64,000 nt of DNA. Source: the human T2T-CHM13v2.0 reference genome, Homo sapiens. Positions 1 to 15,430 of the stretch are shown here, one piece after another (position 1 is the stretch's first letter; every line of letters starts with the position of its first letter). The notes below the pieces were generated by a model. That model saw nothing but the letters and a program-made list of their open reading frames with translations, made no database searches and was not told where the DNA came from. The position numbers were made by a program, and so were the translations under genes. The stretch is from the NCBI RefSeq assembly GCF_009914755.1, contig NC_060925.1; one strand, given 5' to 3'.

Positions 1-53
1 CATTAAAAGTCACACACAGAAAATTAGATTTGGCCAAATGATCTGAAGAAAGG

Positions 54-421
54 TGTCTTGGTTCAGGCTGCTATAACAGAGTATCTTTGACTAGGTGCCT
101 TAAGCAATACACATTTGTTGCTTACAGTTTTAGGCTAGGAAGTTCAAGCTCAAGGCACCAGCAGATCCAGTGTCTAGTCAAGGGCCTCTTCCTGGTTTGC
201 AGGCAGCTGTCTTCTTAGGGTATCGTCATATGGCAGGCAGAGAGAGCAATGAAGCGAGAGAGAAAGATTTCATAATTTCTTTATAAGGGCACTAATGCCA
301 TTCATTAGGGCTCTACCTTTATGGCCTAATTATCATCCAAAAGCCGCATCTCCTAATACCATCACATTAGAGTTGAGATTTCAACATGTGAATCTGGGGA
401 GGACACATTCAGTTTACGGCA
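54..421 (-). mobile_element. MLT1A-like solo LTR (ERVL-MaLR)
   Basis: Starts tgtcttggttcaggctgctataac and ends cacattcagtttacggca, the reverse complement of MLT1A termini; degenerate 5-bp TSD aaagg/caagg. Confidence 0.85.
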
Positions 422-522
422 CAAGGGTATATAAGAAGAATATTATATATACCTCCCTAAGGAGTTTGCTAGCTAGAACATTTTCCGAGTAACCTTTTAA
501 GCACTGAATCCTATGCTGTGGC

Positions 523-1028
523 TGTGTCTGGAGTTGGTTTCTTCTGGTGGATTCATGGTCTTGCTGACTTCAAGAATGAAGCGGTGGACCTTCACAGTGT
601 TAAAGCTCTTAAGGATGGTACAGACCCAAAGAGTGAGCTTGCAGCAAGATTTATTGTGAAGAGCAAAAGAACAAAGCTTCCACAGCATGAAAGGGAACCT
701 GAGCAGGTGGTCACTGCTGGCTCTGGTGGCCAGCTTTTATTCTCTTATTTATCCCCTCCCATGTTCCATTTCTGTCCTATCAGAGTGCCCTTTTTTCAAT
801 CCTCCTGGCAACTGGTTACTTTTAGAATCCTGCTGATTGGTCCATTTTACAGAGCACTGATTGGTCCATTTTACAGACTGCTGATTGGTGCATTTTATAA
901 ACCTCTTGGAGCTACATTTTATAAACCTCTTGGCGCACTGATTGGTACATTTTACAATCCCCTTGTAAGACAGAAAAGTTCTCCAAGTCCCCACTCCACC
1001 CAGGAAGTCCAGCTGGCTTCACCTTTTG
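523..1028 (-). mobile_element. LTR12-family (ERV9) solo LTR, short form
   Basis: tgtgtctggagttgg...gtccccactccacccaggaagtccagctggcttcacc matches LTR12 ends in reverse; tandem ctgattggt(c/g/a)catttta repeats at about 830-955. Confidence 0.9.
830..955 (-). promoter_or_regulatory. LTR12 U3 CCAAT (NF-Y) box repeats
   Basis: ATTGG at 836, 860, 884 and 941 (CCAAT on minus); AATAAA TATA-like box on minus at 736-741. Confidence 0.6.
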
Positions 1029-1494
1029 TAACTACTTAGGACACATTCAACAGAAATCAAAGTAGTAGCACTGACTTTCAATTTATATTATGAAAACATA
1101 TATCAAAATTATATAATTATAGAAGAGGAAATACATCAACAACATAGTACGTATTGAATGCATACATGTTGAAAGAAATATTTAAAGTTGAGAAATGATC
1201 AAAATTGAATAGAAGGTAATCAGGGAAGCTTTCTAGAGAAACATGTTTCAAATTGGGCCTGAAAATATTAGTAGAGGGCAAAGGAGAGTGATTTCCAGTT
1301 GGGGTGAATTGAATCAGGAAAAATATACACAGTTTAAATATGACAAATAGTGAAGAAATAAGTTTGGTTCCTGTAGAAGGACTGGATTGATCAAAAAATG
1401 AGAAATAATATTGGCATATAATGATGGCATTTTAAAATGTAAGAATGATGTGTATGTAAACTAAAAATCCTACCATATCAAAATCAATCTTATA

Positions 1495-1730
1495 GCACTG
1501 TTTGGATCACATTACTCTCCTGCCCAAAGCCTTCATTAATTCTCATTATTCATTAGGCAGAAGAGTGACATCATCAGAGTGAGATCCATAGGCAGACATC
1601 TGGCTGCATCCTGTATTTCCAGTTTACTTCCTCACTACTAGGCCCCTGCACCTCCTCCCACACATGCTCTTTCTTATCATTTGCTCCAGCCAAATCAACA
1701 GCTTGTCGTTCTTTAAAATTGTCTTATACA
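1495..1730 (+). mobile_element. L2 fragment
   Basis: gatcacattactctcctgcccaaagccttc resembles the L2 3' region; highly diverged. Confidence 0.5.
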
Positions 1731-1744
1731 TGCATCAACCTATT

Positions 1745-2314
1745 TTCTTTTTAAAGCACCATTTAGAAATAATTCACACTGCACAAAATTTATTCATCCA
1801 AAATATACAATGCAATAATAAATAATATTAGCATATTAAGACAGTTGTGAAACCATCACCATAATCTGTTTAGAATATTTTTATCACCCCAAAAATAAAC
1901 TCCTATGCAATAGCAGTTACTCCCCATTCTACCCCTCTCTATTTCTTCCTTAGAAAACCACTAATGTACTTTCAATTCCTATAGATTTGCCTACTCTGAA
2001 CTTTTCATATAAATAAAATAACGAAATATGGCGTTTTGTGACTGGCTTTCTTCATGCAACATAATGTTCGAGGTTTATAAAAGTGCAAGCTTGTATCTGT
2101 GTTTCATTCCTTACTATTGCTGAATAATATTCCATTGTATAGATGTACTACATGTTTTTATTCATTTACCAGTTGATGTACATTTAGATTGGGTCCACCT
2201 TTTGGCTATTATGAATGATAATGCCATAAACATTGGTGTACAAGTCTTTATGTAGACATATGTTTTCAATTTTCCTGGGTTTATGTTTAGGAGAGAAAAT
2301 GCTGAATCATATGG
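1745..2314 (-). mobile_element. L1MB-type 3' end, interrupted by the ERV-L
   Basis: T-rich start, ttgtgaaaccatcaccata, gctattatgaatgataatgccataaacatt; minus ORF 2162-2422 has ORF2 C-terminal KTCTPMFMALSFIIAKRW. Confidence 0.8.
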
Positions 2315-2391
2315 TGTATTAGTCCAGGTCCTCCAGAGAAATAGAACGAATAGGATACACACAGATACACACACACACACACACACACACA
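2315..2391 (-). mobile_element. MLT2-type 3' LTR remnant (terminal about 75 bp including (CA)n)
   Basis: tgtattagtccaggtcctccagagaaatagaacgaataggata is the reverse complement of the MLT2 3' terminus. Confidence 0.8.
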
Positions 2392-5300
2392 TCCATAAAA
2401 AAATAAGAAATACTAATGACACTTGCAGTTCTTATTTCTATAACTGGTCACATGGTTATAGCTGGTATTTATAACTACCATCTTCTGCTATCCATTCTGT
2501 GTTCTCTGCCTTCAGCAAGCACCTCTGCTGGCTGTGGTTATTTACCTGGTGAGTTGACTCAAACCTTCCTTCCTGAGGGATCTGGTCAATTATTAGGCCT
2601 GCATGTATTAGATTGTTGTAGTTTCCCACTGACCTTAATCACAGGGCATGGTAATACAAGAGACACCATAAGAGATCTCCTGTATTCCAAACATACTCCT
2701 CCTTACCTCCATTGTATATTGGCACTCCTTCTTGGTAGTCACGGTCACTCATCTCACCCACCACAGTAACTGCCTTCTTATCCTGTTGATTCAGAGTCAT
2801 GAGGAGTCTTACAAAGAGGCCAGGTGGCCATCTTAACTTCCAATTCAATGGAATAATTATTATTCCTGGTGGAAATATTCCTCCCTCTGGAACTAAGACC
2901 TCTAGTGCAGCAGAGTATGAGATCACCAGAACAGAAAATAAAAAATTTTCTAGTGGATCACTAGGCATAATAGTGAGTGGTACAATTCACATTTCCATCC
3001 CTTGATTCCTGGCCCCAAAAAGCTTGGCTATGGGAGAAACAGCACCATATATTGGACACTGATTCAGAGCGTATATGGTCTTCTGGAGAACCTTGCCCCA
3101 GGCCTACAAGGCATTGCTGCCCAGCTGACAATGTAACTTTGTCTTCAAAAGGCCATTCCACACTTCCCTCAAGCCAGTTGTCTCAGAATGCTGCAGAATA
3201 TGGTGAAACCAGTTAATACCATAAGTGTGGGCCCACTGAAGCACTTTTATGTTGTGTTTCTTGACAGAAGCAATGTTGTGTGCAATACCATAACATGATG
3301 GATAAGGCATTCTATAAGTCCATGAATGGTAGTTTTGACAAAAGCACTGCATGCCGGGAAGGCAAATCTATATTAAGAGGAAGTGTTCATTTCAGTAAGA
3401 AAAAATTGCTGCCCCTTTCATGATAGAAGCATGCATATTTGGACTATTTCTTTCTGTAATTCACTTGACCCTTCAGTGGCTGCTCTGGCCAGATCACGTA
3501 TATATCACTGTCATTTGATGATTGAATACTACTGTTCATGCCCAACTTTATGGCTTGATGGGTCACATAATAACCAGTTCATGATGGCAGCTTAGGTTGC
3601 ATGGTAACTTGGTGACCCATTCAGTCTGTACTAAAGCCCAGTAGCAGACCAAGAGCTGTTTCTCAAAAGGAGAGCAGTTATCTGTGGAGGAGGGCAGGGC
3701 TTTGCTCTAAAATCCTAAGGGTGTGCCTTGTGATTCACCTACAGGGGACTGCCAAAGCCTCAAAATAGCATATTTGTCTGCGACTGACACTTGAGGCATG
3801 ATTGGATTTGCTGGACCAAATAGCCCTAGCAGCAGAGCAACTTGGACAGCAAACTAGACCTCTTGTCAAGCCTTCTCTTGGTCCGGACCTCACTCAAAAA
3901 TAGCAGCTTTTCAGGTGTTTCAGTAAATGAACCAGAGTATCACACCCAAATGTGAATATGTTGGCTATGAAGTCCAAAGCAGCACACTAGGCATTGTGCC
4001 TCTTTTCTGGTTGTAGGAGAGGCCAGATGCAACAACTTATCCCTTTCCTTGAAGAAATATCTCGACATGCCCCATACAACTGGACACCTAGAAATTTCAC
4101 TGAGACAGAAGACACCTGAATTTTAGTCAGTTAGTTCTCATCCTCTTACACATGAATTGCTTATGAATTAGTCTAGAGTAGCTGCCACTTCTTGCTCACT
4201 ATGTCCAATGAGGATAATATCATCAATGTAATGAATCAGTGTGGTAACTTGTGGAAAGAGAAAGTGATCAAGATACCCACAAAGTAATTTATGACCCAGG
4301 GGTAGAGAGCTGATACACCCCTGAGGTAGGAGAGTGAAGGTGTATTGCTAGCCTTGCCATCTGAGAGCAAACTTCAGCTGGCAGTCTTTACTAACAAGTA
4401 ACTAGAAAAAAGCATTTGCCAGCTCAATAACTGCATATCAGGTATCAGTGGATATGTTAATTTACTCAAGCAAGGAAACCACATCTAGTACAGCGCTGCA
4501 ATTGGAGTCATAACCTGGTTAAGCTTATGATAATCCACTGTCATTCTATAAGATCCATCTTTCTTCTGCACGAGCCAAATAGTCAAGTTGAATAGGCATG
4601 TGGTGAAAATACCACTCCTGCATCCTCCTAGTCCTTAATAGTGGCACTGATCTCTACAATCCATCCAGGAATGCATTATTGGTTTTGGTTTATTATTTCC
4701 TAGGTAGAGAGAGTTCTAATGGCTTTCACTTGGCTTCTCCCAGTGTAATAGTCCTCACTCCATGAGTCAGAAACAATGTGAGGTTCCTGCCATCTGCTTA
4801 GTATGTCTATTCCAATTGTGTGTTCTTGAACTGGGGAACTAATAAGCACACAGTGAAACAGACCTGAGCTAAAACTCCATTTATTACCAGATCTTCATAA
4901 GCCACTACTCTGACTAGAAGGCCAAAGTGACAATAGGATCTCCTGGAATAGTATCAGTTCAAAGTTGGTGTACAGTCATCCCCCAAAGCTCTCATTATTT
5001 CCTTTTCCTCAATGCATAGTTATCCTGGTAAAAGGTTGTAGGTTTCTTTGGGAAATGCTGAGAGAAAGATAAACCATATAATTTATAGGTAGTGTAGTGT
5101 GGGTTTTCCTTGAGCAGACTTGGCCTCCTTTTTATTCAAGGGGTTCTGGATTTGTAAACTGGTTCAAGTCTAGGAATTGCTTGAATGGCCATGACTCCCT
5201 GTTTTTTACTTAGGTTAGATTTTTATTTCACTTGGCCTAGAAATTTTCTGCTTGTATAGATCAAGTAAGAATTCAGTAGGCTTCCCATCTATTCACTTTT

Positions 5301-5632
5301 AAAAACACCATGCTCAACTAGCCAACACATTACATCTATCATACGATTCTGATTGCTACTTTGACTCTGTCATCCATCACAGTAACAACACCCACCTTGT
5401 CTTTGGTCTTTAAGTGCCTCTACTTGGTCTCTGCCAGTGAAAACCAATTACTTTCATTGTATTTAGGTTTGCCAATTCAGCGGCTGCAGTTCCCACTGTA
5501 AATATAGCCTACAACAAGGAGCTATCAGGGATCTCTTCAGGGATGCCAGGGCTCCCCTCACAAATTTATTTATCACAGTATTTGTGAAAGGTATGTCTTC
5601 TGGACCCTCACAGTATGGTGAGGAGGTGTTTT
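2392..5632 (-). mobile_element. ERV-L internal region: dUTPase, integrase, RT, protease region, gag C-terminus (decayed)
   Basis: Minus translations: IPLNWKLRWPPG...GGKEEYVWNTGD (dUTPase), WNGLLKTKL (IN), LIHYIDDII (YIDD at 4219-4230), LPQG near 4320; many stops and frameshifts. Confidence 0.92.
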
Positions 5633-5639
5633 CTTTCCA

Positions 5640-5915
5640 CATCCCTGAGATTTTTTTATTTATACATTTGCAGTTTATTTACAGTTCTAAATGTGGTGTG
5701 ATCAGAGAATAATTTTCTACAACTTCCAATTTTTGGAATGTTATAATTTTTCTTTCTACTCACCATGTGATTAAACACTGTATGTTTTCTATGGCTACAA
5801 TAAGAAGATATACAGAAACTCTGCAGTGTTTAAATTTATTAATATATGTTTTTCAATGTTCTATACACATATGACTTCTATAATTGAGTTACATACATAT
5901 ACTATAGCCTACTTT
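5640..5915 (-). mobile_element. Old L1 (L1ME-like) fragment inside ERV-L gag
   Basis: tgtgatcagagaataattttctacaacttccaatttttggaatgtt resembles antisense old-L1 ORF2. Confidence 0.45.
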
Positions 5916-5917
5916 AC

Positions 5918-6935
5918 TTTTAAATTTAATTTAATTTTACTCTTTTAGATTGAGGGGTGTATGCATTTGTTTGCTACATGAATATTATATAATGCTGAGG
6001 GTTGGGCTTCTAGTGTACCCATCACCCAAATATTAGACATTGAACCCAGCAGGTAATTTTTCAACTCTCAATGCCCTCCCACCTTCTCCCCTTTGGAGTA
6101 CCCAGAGTCTATTTTCCCCATTTTTATGTCCATGTGCATTCTTTTTTTAGTTCCCTCTTATAAGTGACAACATGTGATATTTGAATTTCTGCTTCTGTGT
6201 TAGTTTACTTAGGAGAATGGCCTCCAGCTCCACCCATATTGCTGCAAAGGACATAATTTCATTCTTTTTGATAGCCACGTAGTATTCCATAGTGTATGTG
6301 TACCATATTTCCTTTATCCAATCAACTGTTGGTTCACACTTAGGTTGGTTCCATGACTTTGCTATTGTAAATAGTGCTGCAATAAACGTACAAATACAAG
6401 TGTCTTTTTGGTAAAATGATTTATTTTCCTTTGGGTAGATAGATACTCAGTGGGATTGCTGGGTCAAATAGTAGTTATATTTTTATTTCTTTGTGATATT
6501 TCCATACTGTTTTCCATACAGGTGAACTAATTTACATTCCTACCAATAGTGTATGAGCACTCCCTTTTCTCCACAACCTTGCCAAAATCTGTTGTTTTTT
6601 TACTTTTTAATAAAAACCATTCTGACTGGTGTAAGATGGTATCTTATTTTGGTTTTAATTTGCATTTCTCTAATGATTAATGATAGTGAGCTTTTTAAAA
6701 TGTGTTTGTTAACTATTTGTATTTCTTCTTTTGAGAAATGTCTGTTCATGTCCTTTACCCAGTTTTTAATGGGATTGTTTGTTTTCTGTTGATAAATTTT
6801 TTGAATTTATTGTGAATTCTGGATATAAATTCTTTGTTGGAGGCATAATTTGTAAATATTTTCTTCCATTCTATGGGTTGTCAGAGTATTCTGTTGATTA
6901 CTCCTTTTGCTGTGCAGAAGCTTTTTGGTTTAAGT
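5918..6935 (-). mobile_element. 5'-truncated L1PA16/L1PB-era 3' end inserted in ERV-L gag
   Basis: 3'UTR gtacccatcacccaaata; ORF2 C-terminal antisense sequence through ttgctgtgcagaagctttt. Confidence 0.88.
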
Positions 6936-8047
6936 CAACAAATCCACTCTAACACTTACATCTCCCTAAGCATTTAAATTCTTTCTTCTACGTTAAACCA
7001 CAGCAGATCTAGCATCTTCAATTCACTCACTGAGGACCACGTTTTTGTTCATGTTTCAGCCAGTCAACTGATCTTTCTAACTCCCCATGTTGTAACATTA
7101 AATGCAGAATCTCTGCTTAGTGAGCCCATATCGATAAATTCAGCCTGATACTACTCTATAATTTCTTCTATCATTACCCCTAATCCTTAGTACTCATTCC
7201 TTCACATTTCCCTTGGATTTATGTTTGTATAAATTAGAAAATTCAAGTAGTTATTTTGTAGTTTAACACATCTTCTCATGGGTCACACTTTGTACGACAC
7301 ATGTACCAGCCTGCTGGAACTTGAATCAGACACAAAGAGGGGTTGCTGGGATGGGTCCTGGAAGAAACAGCATTTTCTTGCATGACGACTGCCTCAGAGG
7401 AGGCCATTAAAATTTCCTCAGGCAATGCAGAATTAAGCCTCTCAGATGGAGGTGAAAAGATCCATAACACTGAGTGGGGAGGTCACTTCTACTGAGAATG
7501 GTGAGGCTGCTTCTGCTGGTGCTTCCACTTTTGTTGGAGTTGGGGAGACCACTTTCATTGACAAGGAAGACTCATCAGAGTTTAAGGGCTTAATGACCCC
7601 AGATTTATCAGGATCTTTCCACACATCCCCATTCCAACTTATAAGATCCCATTCTTTCCCAATCCATGTTCTTCCTAACAGTAGGCACCCTATAAGCCTA
7701 GAAGTTTAAATTGCATTGTAATTGAGCCAATTTCAGATGAGATTCTGTATTTGATTTCCAGCAATCACACTCCTGCAACTACAGGATATGAAGATCTCCT
7801 TCAAGACATAAGTAGATACCTTCAGATTATTTATATGGCTCTTGAACAGGGAATTTGTATCTCTAAGCTCATTCTTTTCTCTTACCAGTTTCTCCAGTGA
7901 TGTTAGGAGCAACCAGCCAACCTCATTATATTCTTCAGTTTTCTGAAAATGTTCAAAGCATCATATACACAGGCACCTAACTCCTTGATTTTTATAAATG
8001 GTTGGTTTGTTATCTCCCTCAGTCCAGGAATTGATATAAGCAAATAT
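6936..8047 (-). mobile_element. ERV-L gag, N-terminal part (continuation of the same provirus)
   Basis: aacaaatccactctaac (LEWIC on minus) resumes gag near where it broke at about 5630; minus ORFs WKDPDKSG...LNSDESS and LPEEILMASSEAVVMQ are ERV-L gag-like. Confidence 0.88.
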
Positions 8048-8068
8048 CCCACTCTCAGTACCAAAATA
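8048..8068 (-). promoter_or_regulatory. Primer binding site (tRNA-Leu type) of ERV-L
   Basis: Minus strand reads ttttggtactgagagtggg directly inside the 5' LTR end, resembling tggtaccaggagtggg. Confidence 0.7.
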
Positions 8069-8132
8069 TGTATTATTTATGATTCTCCAGAGAAATATAA
8101 CCATAGGAGATACAGATAGATAGATGATAGAT
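8069..8132 (-). mobile_element. MLT2-type 5' LTR remnant (about 64 bp, ends in (GATA)n)
   Basis: tgtattatttatgattctccagagaaatataaccataggagata is homologous to 2315-2356. Confidence 0.75.
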
Positions 8133-12150
<4,018 letters not shown>

Positions 12151-12543
12151 TAGAAGATATCTGAGTGTTTTTCCTTTATAATCACCTATCCCTTCACTCT
12201 AATGATTCCTAAACTGCCAATTTACTCATGACTCTCTGTCCCCAAGCTGCCCATACACATCAAGTGAATTTAGACTTACATACTTGGGAGTCTTTCTGAT
12301 GTTTCTTTCTGGATATCTATTTTCCTGTCAAGCGTAATATCATAAAGATTAACCTCTTTGTCTTGCCACTGTAAATCATTTTTGAATTCTCCTTTCCTAC
12401 TGTTTTATTTTAATCCTATTAATCTCTCTATTTTTCCAAAATATAGCTTTGGTATAGAAATCAGTGCAAAAAGAATATTTTTAATGCTTATATGTTCCAC
12501 TGTGGTAGGTATTTTGGTATCAAAGTTAAGTAAGATATGTTCA

Positions 12544-12747
<204 letters not shown>

Positions 12748-12879
12748 TTAGTTTTGTGAAGAGATCATTGTAATTAAATGTATTCAGTTTCATAAGACGT
12801 CATAAGAATATTAACAGAGAAGAATGTATTCATTTACAGCGTCTTTATTTAAAACAACAACAATAAATTATTTCTAAAC

Positions 12880-15430
12880 CACACTACTCTCTTTAGCTAT
12901 CTTTGTCCTTCCCTTCACAAACTTCGTATAAGACTTTCTTTAGAATAATTTACACTTATTGACTACATCTCTTTCTTCAATTCACTTTTCAATCTAAGCA
13001 ATCTGACTTCTGCCTTCATCACTCCACTGATGTTACGTTTCACAAATTCATCAATGATCTCACATTTCTATATCAAAAAGACACTCTTCCATTCTTATCT
13101 GAATTGACACTTCCCAGCCTTTGACACTGCCAATGACTACCGCCCTCTTGAAGTGTTATCTTTCCCTGGATCCTATAGCACTACTTATGGTACCACTTCT
13201 GTCTTTCTAGATGTTTCTTGTTCTCTTTTATTATTCCTTCTTTTCCGCCTCCTTTAAAGGGTGATGCTCTTCAAAACTCTTATTTGTTGAGCTCAACACT
13301 CTCTTGTATACCACTGCCATCAACTAACCAAATCTTTTATTTCTTACTCATCTCACTTCCTTGACTTCTAGATGCATACTGAAAATGTTCTTGGCTATCT
13401 TATAGACTTTAGTCCTTTCCTAAAAACACTGCATATAAGGAATGATTATAAAGCCACATGCTCTGGCAAGATGACTCTTCCCCATTCCTCCTGCAAATAC
13501 CCAAGATAATTTGAAGCTCATGTAATCAAGTTATATCCCCCCATCTTTGCCTGTGATCCTGGTGACTCCTCTTTTGTTGACTGATGACTTTAGCATCTGA
13601 CACACTTTATTCTCTACTCCTGCTCCCATCACAATGCTTGGTAATGCCAACTTAATTGAATATCCACCAATATCCTGGCTTCTTTTTTTTTTTAATCTCG
13701 TTTCTATTGACCAAGTTCTTCACCCATCTCACTTACCCAATTCTATGTCATGGCCAATTGTACTTTCTCTGAAATCTCAATTTCAAGTCTTTTGGTCTCT
13801 CACCCTCTCTCTGTCTCTTTCTCTCTCATACCTCCTCTCTTTGTATTTTTCTCTAATAACACCAGTCCAATAATTTCCCCCTCATTTAAAGGCTGCCTAT
13901 CCCTTTTCCATTTTTCACTATCCATCTGTCCTTCATGCACATTCTATGATACAATATTATAATCATGTTCTTGCAAACGTTATTGATTTCTTTATCTTCA
14001 ACTCCCTAATACTGTCAACAAAATTCCAAATCTGGGTAAATCCAACTATATATTTACTTTTCACTTGCACTCAAGTAACAAAATATTGCTCCTGTCCTCT
14101 TTTCACAAATCTCCAAAAATTCTTTCTCACCTCTTATCTTCAATCAATACTTTTCCTCATAGTCCTTTGAGAAAATAATAGGAATAAGAACAAAACAGCC
14201 TCATCTAATCACCATCATATTTACCAATCTACTTGCATCTATAATTACATCTTTACTTGGCATCCTGCTTTCTTATGCCTTTAAAATCAAACTATTTTCT
14301 ACACAGAAGTCAATTAAAAGTCCCACCCTGTTATTGCCTACCGAAAATCTTTCATTATCTTCTCATCTGTAAGAAAAATATTAAAACTCTTTACCAGAAC
14401 CTACAAGTTTCTACGTGTTGGGGTCCCTGATTAATTGTGTGGTATCATGACCTACCACTCCCTTCACACACCTGCTCACTACCTTTAATCATACAGCTCT
14501 TAGTTCAATGCCACCTTAAAGTTTCTGCACTTGCTGGTTCTTCTACCTGGGATGCTGTGTTCCCAGATCTTTACAAGGCAACTTCCTACTCATCAATGCT
14601 GAATGTCCCATAGAACAACTTCTTAGAGAAATCTTCCTTGATCGTCTGTTTGTTATGTTCTCTATCATATCTTGTTCTTTCCTTTCTTGTTAGCCTTCTT
14701 AGCACTTCCCACTATGATGCCAATATCTCACCACTGTAAGATTGGCATATTTACATATTTGGGAGTTTGTTTCCTTTTGCTTTCTCAACCTGAATGTGAG
14801 TTACTTACATCAAAATATTTGTCCTGCTTGCTTTTCACTATGTCTCATGCCTAGAAAGACATGACCCAGGGCTGCTACTCAGTAAATCTTTTTCCATGGT
14901 CTGCTTTGTTTCTGATGTTTTTCTACCTCAAAGGATTATCTTAATACCACACCACCTGCCTATGTCAGAAACCTCAGCTTATACCTTAGCTTCTCTCACT
15001 CACTGCCCATACCCAAAAGCTAATTGTGTTAAATTTTCTTTCAAATTCGATCTCAAATTTGTTTACTTCTCTGCATCTCCATTGCTGCTACTGTAGCTTA
15101 AGCCACCAGCATCTCACCACTGGATTTCAGTAACAGCTCCTCGTAAGTCTCTACTTCCAGCTATCCCACTTCTAATCCAGGTTCCATAAAAAATATGAAT
15201 TCTTTGTCAAATGAACCAAATTCTTTCTACTGTAAAATACTTATATAATTCTCTGTTAGCCTCTTGATGAAGAAAATACCTTTAACATGCCCTGCAAGAT
15301 CCTGCATCATTTGCTCTTTCCTCTTCTTACTAGCATTGTCTCCACTACTTTCTCTGTGTCACTCACACCTGACACTTCATGTCACATACCTGGCATTCAG
15401 TCAATGTGTGTTTAATGACTAAATTAAGCT
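12880..15430 (+). mobile_element. Cluster of L2 fragments (RT region and 3' ends)
   Basis: caatctgacttctgccttcatcactccactga and cagcctttgacactg (L2 RT); L2 3'-end motifs near 14790-14890 and 15390-15425. Confidence 0.7.

Noticed and set aside
830-955. 24-bp periodic repeats superficially like a CRISPR array
   Set aside because: No unique spacers or cas genes, eukaryotic context; this is the standard LTR12 U3 repeat
518-1039. 173-aa ORF with LIGPFY repeats
   Set aside because: Antisense reading of the LTR12 tandem CCAAT repeats; not a credible gene
2639-2968. 109-aa dUTPase-like ORF as a domesticated gene
   Set aside because: Catalytic motif 3 is corrupted (GEMSDRDYQEG) and the surrounding pol is full of stops and frameshifts
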